Shown here: piece by piece, positions 30,459 to 40,606 of the stretch | How the letters are laid out: each line of letters opens with the position of its first letter | Numbering within the stretch: position 1 is the first letter of the stretch | Assembly (NCBI GenBank): GCA_963799845.1 | Contig: CAWCYI010000006.1 | Location: 1,088,001 to 1,152,000 of the forward strand | Reading direction: 5' to 3' | DNA from: an uncultured Nitrososphaerota archaeon | Lineage (GTDB): Archaea > Thermoproteota > Nitrososphaeria > Nitrososphaerales > CADDZS01 | Length of the DNA: 64,000 nucleotides | Notes under the pieces: generated by a model | Seen by the model: only the letters and a program-made list of their open reading frames with translations | What the model was told of the DNA's origin: nothing | Database searches by the model: none | Program-made: the position numbers and the translations under genes

Positions 30459-31046
30459 GAGTTGTTTCGAAATACGCGACAGAAAAGAGCCTCGTAATAA
30501 GCGTCCTTCTCTGCTAGTTCAGACGAGCACTCTGCAATGTTTCCCTAAAGTCCGGAGATTCCGAGATCTATCTACTGGTTCCTGATGCCGCTCTGTCTTC
30601 TACGGACAACGGTAGAGGAGGGAGTCGCTCTGTTTGTATCAGCTTGCAATTACCGCTAGGCACTTCTTCCCGATTTAGCGGTGGTTACTGCTGTTAGTTC
30701 CGGCTGCTTCGGCGCTACTATTTGCCGCTGCCTAGCGCTCGTTTAGATTTATTCGCCGTCACCAGCTTGTAAAGATGGGGCGCCGCTAGATGCGCTTTCG
30801 AAGCCAGAGTTCACCTCTGGAATTCATCATTTCCACATACCATTCGCGCGTTGTCGCTTCTTGTTCGGTTTGTCCGGCGAACGCTACAGACTGACCGGCG
30901 AGCAGGGCAGGCACCAGCTTGCCAGCGAGCTGCCCAAAATACTATTGGATGTCATCCCAGGATTTGCCGACGATCTACTATGATGTCTTCGAGAGCACGT
31001 CCCCGGAACGTCTTGCAATCATTATGTCTTTCAATGTGTAGTATCA

Positions 31047-31092
31047 TGGTGCAAACATCATTGTTAACTTGGTGCAAACATCATTGTTAACT
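31047..31092 (+). repeat. Perfect 23-bp tandem duplication
   Basis: TGGTGCAAACATCATTGTTAACT x2. Confidence 0.9.
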
Positions 31093-31530
31093 TGAATGCA
31101 ACATTGCGTGCACGTTCTGAATTACTCTTTGCAGATCTTTCTTCCCAGTTTTTTTGGGTCATGCCGGACATTCAGCCCATCCGATGATTAACAAATCGAC
31201 TCGAGATGCCTATGCGAGTGCGTTAACGCTTCGCTCAAATGCACCTATGCTTATTTTGGATGGAGCAACTGAGCCGCTGCATAGCCCTCTGGAGATTTAC
31301 ACGGAGGTTAGCTCTCCAAATCGGATCACGGAACCCAGTCCTGCCAAAGCTGTTAATGGTCAAGGGAACTAATAACTCTTGAAGGCGTATTCCGAAGTCG
31401 CCGTCAAAATTTTCGAGCGGGAAGGGAGTCCATTCAAAGATGTTCTTGAGACCTTTATCCGCTCATATCCACTATCGTCACCTAGAAAGATTAATTTCTA
31501 GATCCCAAGGCAGGGTGGCTTGGCCACACA

Positions 31531-32544
31531 ATGGCAAGAAAAAGATCAGGCAAACCGTTAGAGATTGCACTCGATATCGGGGAGAATGAAAAAGATCCTA
31601 ACGAGTTCAAGGAGTGCGTAATACTTGCAGAGAAACTCGGTTTCGACGTCGCGTGGCTCGGAGATCACTTCATGCCGTGGGTCCACAGCAGCGACAGATC
31701 TTCGTTTGTCTGGTCCCTCATGGGTGCGTGTCTTGAAGCTTCAAAGAAAGTAAGGCTCGGTCCTTATGTCACTACCCCGATAGGCGCCAGATATCATCCG
31801 CTGATAATTGCTCAAGCCTCAGCAACCCTTGACAACATGTATCCTGGTCGGTTCCTTCTGACAGTAGGAACCGGTGAAGCCATGAACGAAGCCCCGTTCT
31901 TTCAGGGATGGCCGCCCTGGAAGGAGCGCATGGAAAGGCTTGTCGAGGGAATTCAGCTGATCAAGAAGTTCTGGACAAGCAAATCATACTTTGATTTTGA
32001 CGGGAAATACTTCAAAGCAAATCAAATTTATATGTACACGAGACCCCGAACTAATCTGAAAGTTTACTTCTCAGGGGTCGGTCCCAAGGCTGCTAGGAAT
32101 GCTGGTGAGTTCGGAGACGCCTTGATTACCCTTTCCCACGCCAACCCGTTCGAGCGATGCAGAGACTTGATTTTCCCTGCTTTTGAGGAAGGCGCGAGGA
32201 GCGCGGGCAAAGATCCGTCAAAAATGGAAAAGATAGTCTCGCTTAGTTTCACTCTGAAAGATCCCACAACCTTTTCGAAAACTGAAAGGGTGTATGCTGG
32301 AATCGCAGCGAAGAATTCCACGGACGTGGCCGATCCGAGGGTGATTGAAAAGATGGGATACGACATGTCAGACGAGGAGCTGTTCCATTCAACGACATTT
32401 TGTCAAAAGTGGTCCGATGTCATTGATCTGATTTCAAAGTACCAGGAGTTGGGAGTAACCCAGATTGCCCTCAATTCCGGCGCTGACAAGAAAATGATCA
32501 GAACTTTTGCCGCCAAGGTTCTTCCGCACTTCAAGAAAAAGTAG
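31531..32544 (+). CDS. LLM-class (F420-dependent, Fgd-like) oxidoreductase
   Basis: GDHFMPW, RYHP..IAQASATL, GTGEAMNE. Confidence 0.88.
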   Translation: MARKRSGKPLEIALDIGENEKDPNEFKECVILAEKLGFDVAWLGDHFMPWVHSSDRSSFVWSLMGACLEASKKVRLGPYVTTPIGARYHPLIIAQASATLDNMYPGRFLLTVGTGEAMNEAPFFQGWPPWKERMERLVEGIQLIKKFWTSKSYFDFDGKYFKANQIYMYTRPRTNLKVYFSGVGPKAARNAGEFGDALITLSHANPFERCRDLIFPAFEEGARSAGKDPSKMEKIVSLSFTLKDPTTFSKTERVYAGIAAKNSTDVADPRVIEKMGYDMSDEELFHSTTFCQKWSDVIDLISKYQELGVTQIALNSGADKKMIRTFAAKVLPHFKKK

Positions 32545-32609
32545 TAATACGATTCATTCTAACTACAAAAGGCCGCATTTGAGAGCCGGTCACGTAGAGA
32601 GCTGGTAAG

Positions 32610-33749
32610 ATGGGCGAGCCTTCGAAGCCTGACCTAGGAATATATTATGAGATGCTTCGGAGTCTCCCGCCGAAGGAGCCGTCGCTGTCACTTCTCTCGA
32701 AAGAATGGCCTGACGTAGATGAGTGGCGAAGGCAGGCGAGAGAAAGAACAATCGAACTAATGGATTTCTCCCCCAAAAGCATCCCCTTGAACCCGTCGGT
32801 TGATTCGACGCGATCCGAAGACGGAATCGTGCTCGAAGAGATTTCATACGACATGCCATACGGTCCGAGGACGCGAGGCTTTTTCCTTTATCCGAAGGAT
32901 GGAAAGAAGTTGCCTGCAGTGGTCGCGCTGCATGATCATGGTGGCTTCTTCTACTACGGGAAGGAGAAGATCGTAGATTCTGGAATACAAAGTAGATCGC
33001 TCGAAGAGCACAAGAGGCAGTGCTATGGAGGCAGGAGCTGGGCTAGCGAGCTTGCAAAGCGGGGATACGCCGTTCTCGCGATTGACTCGTTCATGTGGGG
33101 CAGCAGGAAGATACCGATGGACTCAATGAACGAAGAGCTGCTTGCACCTCTCGAAGGCCCCGAACCAGGTTCAGAGGATTTCATCCAGGCCTTCAATATT
33201 TTCTGGGACACGATCGAGTCCCCGATAACTTTGAGCACCGTGCTAGCCGCTGGCACGTCTTGGCCGGGAATACTCTTCTATGAAGACATGAGGAGCATTG
33301 ACTTTCTGCTTACCCGGCCAAAAATAGATCCCGAGAGAATTGCGTGCGGTGGTCTTTCCGGAGGCGGCCTCCGTACCGTGTTCCTCGCCGGGCTTGATCC
33401 CAGGATAAAAGCGGCGTTTTGTGTCGGATGGATGAGCACGATGGGGGATTTGCTCCGAAATCACGTTCACGGGCATGGGTTGGCGATGTACGTCCCTCGC
33501 CTTCTTAGGTTTCTAGACATACCTGACGTGATCGCACTGCGCTCACCATCACCGCTCCTCGTTCAGTACGATATAGACGACGGGCTCTTCTCTTTGGAAG
33601 GTCAGAAGGAGGCCGATCGAAAGATATCGAGCATCTACGAAAAGATGGGCCATCCAAAAGAATACGTTGGCAAGTTCTACCCAGGACGACACAAATTCGA
33701 TGTTGAAATGCAAGAGGACGCGTTTAAGTGGCTTAATGAGACACTCTAA
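32610..33749 (+). CDS. Alpha/beta hydrolase (dienelactone hydrolase/esterase-like)
   Basis: PAVVALHDHGG, GLSGGG nucleophile elbow, DGLF, YPGRHKF. Confidence 0.85.
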   Translation: MGEPSKPDLGIYYEMLRSLPPKEPSLSLLSKEWPDVDEWRRQARERTIELMDFSPKSIPLNPSVDSTRSEDGIVLEEISYDMPYGPRTRGFFLYPKDGKKLPAVVALHDHGGFFYYGKEKIVDSGIQSRSLEEHKRQCYGGRSWASELAKRGYAVLAIDSFMWGSRKIPMDSMNEELLAPLEGPEPGSEDFIQAFNIFWDTIESPITLSTVLAAGTSWPGILFYEDMRSIDFLLTRPKIDPERIACGGLSGGGLRTVFLAGLDPRIKAAFCVGWMSTMGDLLRNHVHGHGLAMYVPRLLRFLDIPDVIALRSPSPLLVQYDIDDGLFSLEGQKEADRKISSIYEKMGHPKEYVGKFYPGRHKFDVEMQEDAFKWLNETL

Positions 33750-34011
33750 GTGGCGCCTAACCCTTATACATGATCTTTGCCCTAAAACGGCCGACATCTA
33801 TTTCAAAATAATCCTTAGAAGTTCGGAATATCTGGTAAATCTATTCTCATACAGATAAAACAGAATCTGAGTCGCCGAACTCGGGGAGTGCTCCTCTGTC
33901 AGTCGAACAAAGTGATGCAAATTCTTCACCTAACCTAACTCGACTGATAACGTGAAAATGTAATTGGCATAAAGCTCGCTCGTTTCAAATATAGATAAAT
34001 AATCCAATTCG

Positions 34012-35769
34012 GTGTCGAGAAAGAAATCTCTCAGCGCTGTCGATCGCCACATGGACAAACAGGGAAAAATCGCATTCATGGATGGGGAAGAGTATCTACT
34101 CTGGGAGTCGGGGGTGGGGCGCGCGATCCGGGCGAATGCACCTCAGTTGACTTTGCAGGAACCGAAGGACTTGGTGAAGTTGCCGATTACGGTCGCGCTA
34201 ACAAAGCACTCGAGCCGGCGCGGGGACGCCATGTTGGAATATCGGCTGGGCCTGAACGCAAATAGCGTCAAGATCACCGGCACAGCTATGGTGAGCTTCA
34301 CTCTGCCTCATCAGGATGAGGGTGACGCGCTGTTGTGCCAAGTGGAATTGGCGTTTCGCGAGCTGGTCAGGTCGAATGTGACGGCGGAGTTCTCGTTTGA
34401 CTTGCAGTGTCGAGCACCGGAAAAGGTAGTTATTCCACAACGTGACGGAATTCTACAGACGGTGGCGTTCCCGGCTGGGTGCTGTTTTAAGCTGGGGCAG
34501 GCGGCGAATGACGGTTCTCCGTTGGGGATGCCGGTCGTCGGATATGTTTGGGACGACCTGCAGTTAGCGGTGTCAGCTGACCCGTATTGCGGGTGTGCCA
34601 TAAACGGAACTACCGGCAATGATGGTATCCAGATTTCGGTGGCGACGAATTATCCAGGATCGGTTGTGCCTGTGCAATCGGAACGACGAACGTTTGTGCT
34701 GGAGTTTCACCGCAAGGGAGCCGACGGAACATTACGGAGCTTTTACCGGACGATACCGGAGATCGAGCCGGACGCGCCCTGGACACAAGCGATCCATTTG
34801 GTTTATTTCGATTACCTGTCGCAGGGGGGCGAAGGATGGTTCAAGGATCTCAAGGTGTTGGCGGAACGAATACCCTCGCAGAATCGCGGCCACGTCGCGG
34901 TCTGTTTGCATGGCTGGTACGACTATTTTCAGCAATACGGTTACGATCATCCGCACAGGGTGTTGCTCAAGGAGTGGACAGCGTTCCCTAGCACGTACAA
35001 AGTGCCGATGAGCCTTGCAGAGATGCACCGGCGTTTGAAGTTCGCGAAGGACCTCGGCTTCCGGGTGCTGCTCTACTTTGCTGACGGGACGAACAGTGAT
35101 TCGGGTGCACCGAATTTTCGCAAGGAGTATTTGCTGAAAGATAAAAACGGCGAGACGTTTTCGGGTTTTAAGGGACCGGATTCCGTGGGACAGCCGTTGA
35201 TGATGGATCCGAGCGTTCCGGGACTGCGAGAGTGGTATAGGGGCTACCTGCGAGCACTACTGGATGAATACGCACGGGTCGTCGATGGGTTCGTGTGGGA
35301 TGAAACGTTTTACATTCCGGCGGATTTTATTTCTTATTCACAGGCAGAACCGGCCCATGCAGATCGCGCGATGATGAGCCTGGTGTCGGAGTTGACGCAG
35401 ATGGCACAGTCGTATCACCAGCAGAATCCGGACCTTGTGTTCCTCGCCTCCGATTGTGGGCAGACCAGCTATGCATTGGTCGCAAACGGCACGTTTCAGG
35501 ACAGCACCATGGAGGAGGAGGCCTGGGGGCCGAGCATGTTCGCCAACTACCGGAATTGCCTTTGGAGTTGCAACTGGTTTCCGTTGCGGTACGCGGAACG
35601 AAACAAAATTGCCGCGGAGAAGTATGGTCTACCGCAAGGAGTATCCAATGGCTGGCAAGACAACTGCGGCCCGAGTCAAATGCCACCGGAGCTTCTCGAA
35701 GCGGTTTTGAGGCGATTCACCAAGAACGTGGAGTCCAGCCGGCAAAGGTTGCGGTACCTGATTTCGTAA
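34012..35769 (+). CDS. Hypothetical protein, putative glycoside-hydrolase-like TIM barrel; GC-rich
   Basis: LHGWYD, AKDLGFRVLLYFADG, MDPS, DGFVWDE recall GH27/31/36-clan barrels (inference). Confidence 0.65.
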   Translation: MSRKKSLSAVDRHMDKQGKIAFMDGEEYLLWESGVGRAIRANAPQLTLQEPKDLVKLPITVALTKHSSRRGDAMLEYRLGLNANSVKITGTAMVSFTLPHQDEGDALLCQVELAFRELVRSNVTAEFSFDLQCRAPEKVVIPQRDGILQTVAFPAGCCFKLGQAANDGSPLGMPVVGYVWDDLQLAVSADPYCGCAINGTTGNDGIQISVATNYPGSVVPVQSERRTFVLEFHRKGADGTLRSFYRTIPEIEPDAPWTQAIHLVYFDYLSQGGEGWFKDLKVLAERIPSQNRGHVAVCLHGWYDYFQQYGYDHPHRVLLKEWTAFPSTYKVPMSLAEMHRRLKFAKDLGFRVLLYFADGTNSDSGAPNFRKEYLLKDKNGETFSGFKGPDSVGQPLMMDPSVPGLREWYRGYLRALLDEYARVVDGFVWDETFYIPADFISYSQAEPAHADRAMMSLVSELTQMAQSYHQQNPDLVFLASDCGQTSYALVANGTFQDSTMEEEAWGPSMFANYRNCLWSCNWFPLRYAERNKIAAEKYGLPQGVSNGWQDNCGPSQMPPELLEAVLRRFTKNVESSRQRLRYLIS

Positions 35770-35995
35770 TTAATGTAACACAAGTTTTGCGCGAATAGAA
35801 AATGCCTGTGGACTATTATTGACGTAACGATTTATGGTCGACGAAGACTCACACTAAGCTATCTAGTTCAAACGCACTAAAATCTCAGGATAGCTGGCAA
35901 CGCGCATGGAATGTCTAGTTGTTAGAATTTGACACGCACGGATCGGAGGACTCCTTTGTGAAGCAGGGGCAGGGACTCGATAGTCGCAATCTTCT

Positions 35996-36019
35996 CCATG
36001 CCCGAGAACTCGGACATGG
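35996..36019. terminator. Hairpin between convergent genes
   Basis: CCATGCCCGAG-AA-CTCGGACATGG; a second hairpin lies at about 36063-36094. Confidence 0.4.
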
Positions 36020-36107
36020 CTGAACACTGCAAGTGATAGTAGGGAAAAAGTAGCAGGAAAGCAACCGGTTTCCAGAAAAACCGGAGACCGGCTTGAGCTA
36101 TCTGTGC

Positions 36108-38162
36108 CTATTGACTAGGCTTGGGTGGAGTGGATGGAGAGGGTGGAGCAGGCGCACTCGCTCCTCCTCGTCCTCTTCTCATCATTGCCACGACGGCTGC
36201 TATGACGACTAAAATCACGACAACTGCCGCCGCGATGTAGAGGGTTGTATTGTTTGATGTACTCGAGCTTGTGGAGGTTACGACCGTCGAGGTGCTCGGA
36301 GGTACAACCGTTGTGCTTGAGGAAACCACAGCCGTTGAGGTGGTCGATGAGCTCGATGCCGGAGCAGTGGAGCTAGTCACCACCGTGGGTGAAGACGATG
36401 TGGTTACAGTAGTAGCTGTTGTTGTGGTCGAGACGGAGGTCGTCGTGCTAGATATCGGTGCTACGACATCAAGAGCAAGATCATAATACTCCAGCCCCGT
36501 GGTCGATTGTGGATAGTAGACCCCGGTTAGGTTAGCCGGATTGCCCCAGTAGAAATCATTGCTGACCGCCTCCCAGTTATAGACGTTGAATAACGGAATT
36601 TCTGGGACTCCTTGAGTGTAAAGCGTAGCCGCAGCTCGGGCGTCAGCGTTGAATTGCGAAGAGTTCGCAGGTTCGTTGATCATCCGTTGAACAATGGCGT
36701 AGAAGCTGGAATTCCATGACACATGCATACTATTCATGGTAACGTAGTAGTCGCCAATGTCCGATAGGATTCCAGGGCCGGGTGTGACTCCGTTGTCAGT
36801 CTGCGGGCCGAGGACACCAGTAGCAATCACCTGCCAGCCCGTAGCATTGTTGGCACCCGCGCGTAGGGTAGAAGATGGAACTGAGACTGGGCTCACCGTT
36901 ATTCCCAGCTGACCCCATTCAGTAGTAAGCAATGTAGCGACGCTGGCCGAGTAGGGCTCAGTTGTTCTGTACTTTATTGTAAGCGAAACCGTCGTGCCGT
37001 TAGGATACTCTAAGGTATTGCCTGAATATTTGAAGCCAATTGATTGCAGTATCTGCTTACCCTGTGTGACATTGTAAGTGTACCCGATCGGACCCGTTCC
37101 GTTGCCAAAACCGATCTGCTGGTTGTATGAAGGTAACAAGAAGTCTTGATTGCTTGAGCTCTCGTTGGCGTACGGGCCGCTCAGTTCACTGTTGATCAAT
37201 GTGGCATTGGTAGCGAACGCGAGGGCACGCCTGAATCCTGTTATGTTAGTGGGATACACCCAGTCGTTCAAAAGTGCAGCGACGGTCAAACCTGGAGTCG
37301 CGTAGGGAGGGCCAATCAATGAGTGTCCTGTCAGGTTGGCGATGGCTTCCAGTCCGGAGTAAGCTCCAGTGTAAGAGACCCCATCTATTTGGCCGGCAAC
37401 GTAGGCGTTGAACTCGCTGGACTGGCTACTAAACAAATAGAAGTCCATGCTCTGTAACTTTGGAGGACCGTTCCAGTAGTATGGGTTTGCCTGGTATACT
37501 ATCGGATTCTGTGCAGAGTAGCTTGTTATTACAAACGGACCATCTGCCACGATATTGTTCAGGTTCTGAAATGATGAAAGATTGCTCAAAGAAACTTGGC
37601 TGAATGTCTGGTACGGCAGGACAGCAAATCCGTTGTAAATAAAGCCCGTGAGTATGAACTGCAAATTCTCGCTAGCAAGATTTACCTGTACGGATGTCGA
37701 GTTGAGGATTGACATGTTTGTTATATCCGGTGAAAAATATCCAGATTCGTTGTAGAGTTTCAACGTGTACCAGAGATCCGTCGAGTTCAGAGGAGAGCCG
37801 TTATCCCACTTTAGGTCGGGCCTTAAACTGATAACATATTGGGTGCCATTAGCGTTTGAACTATAGCCCCCAGCCATGACATTAGTGATAATCGGGAGAG
37901 GAGGCCAATTAAAAGAGAACATATAGTCATACAGAATTCCAATCGTCGTGAAATCTGAGGATGGATTGAATGGATTGATAGCGGGAAGTGGCGGTACGCC
38001 CAACTCACCGATAGAAAGTGTAGTGGTGGCAGAGGAAGCAGCTTGTACGTGTTCTCGGGTACTGGCTCCTGAGAAAAGGGCCGGACTGACGAGCACAGCC
38101 AGCATCAATAATGCGATTAGTTTGAAGTGTACTGCGTGAGATCTAATAACCTTCACAATCAT
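36108..38162 (-). CDS. Family-5 ABC substrate-binding protein, S/T-rich linker and C-terminal TM anchor
   Basis: LRPDLKWDNGSPLNSTD, DGPF, ANPYYW, FRRALAFA; signal peptide; many NxS/T sequons. Confidence 0.9.
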   Translation of the reverse strand: MIVKVIRSHAVHFKLIALLMLAVLVSPALFSGASTREHVQAASSATTTLSIGELGVPPLPAINPFNPSSDFTTIGILYDYMFSFNWPPLPIITNVMAGGYSSNANGTQYVISLRPDLKWDNGSPLNSTDLWYTLKLYNESGYFSPDITNMSILNSTSVQVNLASENLQFILTGFIYNGFAVLPYQTFSQVSLSNLSSFQNLNNIVADGPFVITSYSAQNPIVYQANPYYWNGPPKLQSMDFYLFSSQSSEFNAYVAGQIDGVSYTGAYSGLEAIANLTGHSLIGPPYATPGLTVAALLNDWVYPTNITGFRRALAFATNATLINSELSGPYANESSSNQDFLLPSYNQQIGFGNGTGPIGYTYNVTQGKQILQSIGFKYSGNTLEYPNGTTVSLTIKYRTTEPYSASVATLLTTEWGQLGITVSPVSVPSSTLRAGANNATGWQVIATGVLGPQTDNGVTPGPGILSDIGDYYVTMNSMHVSWNSSFYAIVQRMINEPANSSQFNADARAAATLYTQGVPEIPLFNVYNWEAVSNDFYWGNPANLTGVYYPQSTTGLEYYDLALDVVAPISSTTTSVSTTTTATTVTTSSSPTVVTSSTAPASSSSTTSTAVVSSSTTVVPPSTSTVVTSTSSSTSNNTTLYIAAAVVVILVVIAAVVAMMRRGRGGASAPAPPSPSTPPKPSQ

Positions 38163-38277
38163 TTTTAATCTTGGCTTGAGAAGAATTCTCTCAATTTAAA
38201 TCTTTAGCGATGATCTATTCGTATTTGTCCTAAATTCGAAACCTGCTAAGATTCTGTTAGATCCCTGGTCTGATTGA

Positions 38278-40406
38278 TCAGGCTTCGACAACAACCGCAA
38301 CTCTAGCAGACTTCACAGAGATCTTGCGTGACGAAAGTTGTGTGATCGGGTTTGTGAATGGTTCGTATACTTTGAAGCGCTTAGAATTTCCGCCGTCGAG
38401 AAGGACATTTACTCGCTTATTCACATCGCTAGTATTCATCAAGACAACTGCTTTCTTGTTAGCCTCCTTGTTGATGTGGACACCGTAGAGAATCCCCTCG
38501 GTCTCACCCTCAACAGTAGCGCCGACAGTATCTCTGAATTGTCCATTCCACAGATAATCACCCAGCTCCCTCCGGATTCTCACGATCTCTTTGATATAAT
38601 TTCCCAATTTCGGCGCTGAGGCGATCGTTTCATGCGCGTTATGAATTTCCACATTGATGACGTACCCGACTCTCAGACAATTGTTTATCGAGTGATAATC
38701 AAACTGATCTACACATGCAGTGAGCATGATCTCGGGAAAAGTGTATCTGCAAATGGGTGACCGATCCCAGTCTCTCAACCTGAAGAAACCTATGTTTGCG
38801 TACGGCCACAGGTAAGGAGGAGAGGCTTCGACTGATATCAGAAATTCCGGGTTGTACTTGCGACATACCTCGCTTATTCTCCTGAGCGTCTCAACTATGC
38901 CCTTGGAAAAGGCCTCGGCAGGCTTGTGACCATGGGTCTCATCGTAGCATAATCCGTAATCCGTGACTTTGTCTATTTCCAAACCGTTGAATCCCAGTTC
39001 CGCGACTTGCTCGAACCGTTCAACTATCAGATCCTGGTACGGCTTTGCATACGGACACATCAAAGCAAGCTGTCGGTACCCCCACTTGTTCTTCTCCGCG
39101 AAGGTGTGCATCCCGTATCCGATGCGCACCTGATTTCCGAATCTGTCTTTAGCAGCATATTTGTAGAGTTCTTTTTTGAATTCTCCGGTATTCACGTCCG
39201 CGACTTGGATGTTGACGAAGGGAAGCACCTTGACATCCAGCTTGTTTGCTTCCCTTATTCCTTCGGAGAGTTCCTCCCTAGTACCAAGTCTAGGGTCCGG
39301 GGAATAGTCTGGGTATCCCCTATCCATTCCTCCGCGGTGGAAGCCGGTTAAGTTGATAACATTCACTCCGTATTTTATAGCGTCTCTTGCCAACTTGGGG
39401 ATGTCCGAGAATCTGAAAAGAAGTAAATCGTCGGGATAACCAAAGACAACAGTCTCCCAGGTCATTCCTCCCGCCACCCAGTTTGGCCTCTCGGCAATCT
39501 TCATCCATGTGTCAACCCATCGGCGGTATCTGTCAGCACCACTATGCCAGTCGCCCTTGTGAAAGTTGATGCAGGCAGGCGCCGAGGCCCAGCTTTCACC
39601 CGGTTTGATGAACGGGAGCTTCGCTATGCTGCAGTTCACGCCTATCGGAGTATTCGGGCCTGCTTCTTCTCGTGTGGGCCATCGATCGAGCTTCCCCGCT
39701 GAACCATTCCGGGCTGGAGCTCAAAGTGGAAGAAAGTGACTTGAGGAGAAAGATCGTGGCTGGCAAGATAGATGCCTTCGTGCGTTTCGCCGTTACTGAA
39801 ATCAACCCATTGCATCGTCAATTCCCATGGATAGGCTAGCTCGAAATAATCATAATACTCGTTCCAATATGGAAAATAGCTCGGGAACCTGTCCAAAACC
39901 TTTCTTCCGAAGCTTGGAGTACCGGAGCCGTCCCATAGTGCGGCGGAAAACTCCGTTTTCTTTCTGTCTCTGATCCCGTGGAAACCGCCTAGCATTGGGG
40001 ACCAAACCTCCTCGATTGTGTACTTGCTTCCATTGCTTACAGATGTTGTCACCTGAATCTCGTTTTCCTCTGGCCCTAATTCGAAAGACTGTTTCAGACC
40101 TATCTCGAATGTACCGTTCTTATTCTGGAGATTGTCCCAAGACAGAGTGCATGAATTCTTTGCGCTTTCGAATCGAACGAGCTTCTGCTGTGAACCAACC
40201 AGATAGTTGTGCCTTAGTTCTGGAAGCGGTACGAGAAGTTTGAAGTTCGAAGCGAGTCTCGGCTCACCGATCGCTTCAAAATGCGATTTTTTGTGGAACA
40301 CGCTCTTGAGCGCCCCCGTTGCTATCTCAAACTTCAGCTTGAAGGTGTCGTTCTCAAGTTTGTATTGCATAATGACACAAGAAACCTTCTCATTATTAAG
40401 AATCAT
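38278..40406 (-). CDS. DUF6259-like putative glycoside hydrolase, one base missing near 39690-39697
   Basis: HKGDWHSGADRYRRW, GMDRGYPDYSPDPRLGT, MCP, GLEIDK, CYDETHGH. The two ORFs join as QRG-KLDRWPTREEAGPNTPIGVN. Confidence 0.75.
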
Positions 40407-40606
40407 TTACGTAAGATATGACGAAAGGAACACCATTGATTGAGTGGGAAATACCCCACCTTCAATATAGTCGTATACAGACATTTTTACTCATTCTAAT
40501 GGCGAAAAATTAGAAGGTTCAAAACAGAGTGAAAACATGGTTAGCTTTTTCACGACTTTCTTTAATTATGGCGTTGTAAACAGGATTACGAACAAGGGGA
40601 CAACAG

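Noticed and set aside
31047-31092. CRISPR array
   Set aside because: Two adjacent 23-bp copies with no spacer and no cas genes
30851-31372. ORFs 30851..31090 and 31154..31372 (also 25705..25926)
   Set aside because: Short, TTG-started, no SD or recognisable motif; treated as non-coding
35963-35980. tRNA-Leu-like 3' fragment (TCGAGTCCCTGCCCCTGC, minus strand)
   Set aside because: Only 18 nt, with no 5' T-stem and no discriminator or CCA; could be chance
36290-36450. Low-complexity repeat in SBP genes (also about 50140-50330)
   Set aside because: Ordinary Ser/Thr-rich linker coding sequence
5157-39697. Programmed ribosomal frameshifting or general pseudogenisation explaining the split genes
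   Set aside because: No slippery heptamers, mixed +1 and -1 lesions, unrelated genes and only one lesion per gene; the shared AGCT context is a simpler explanation
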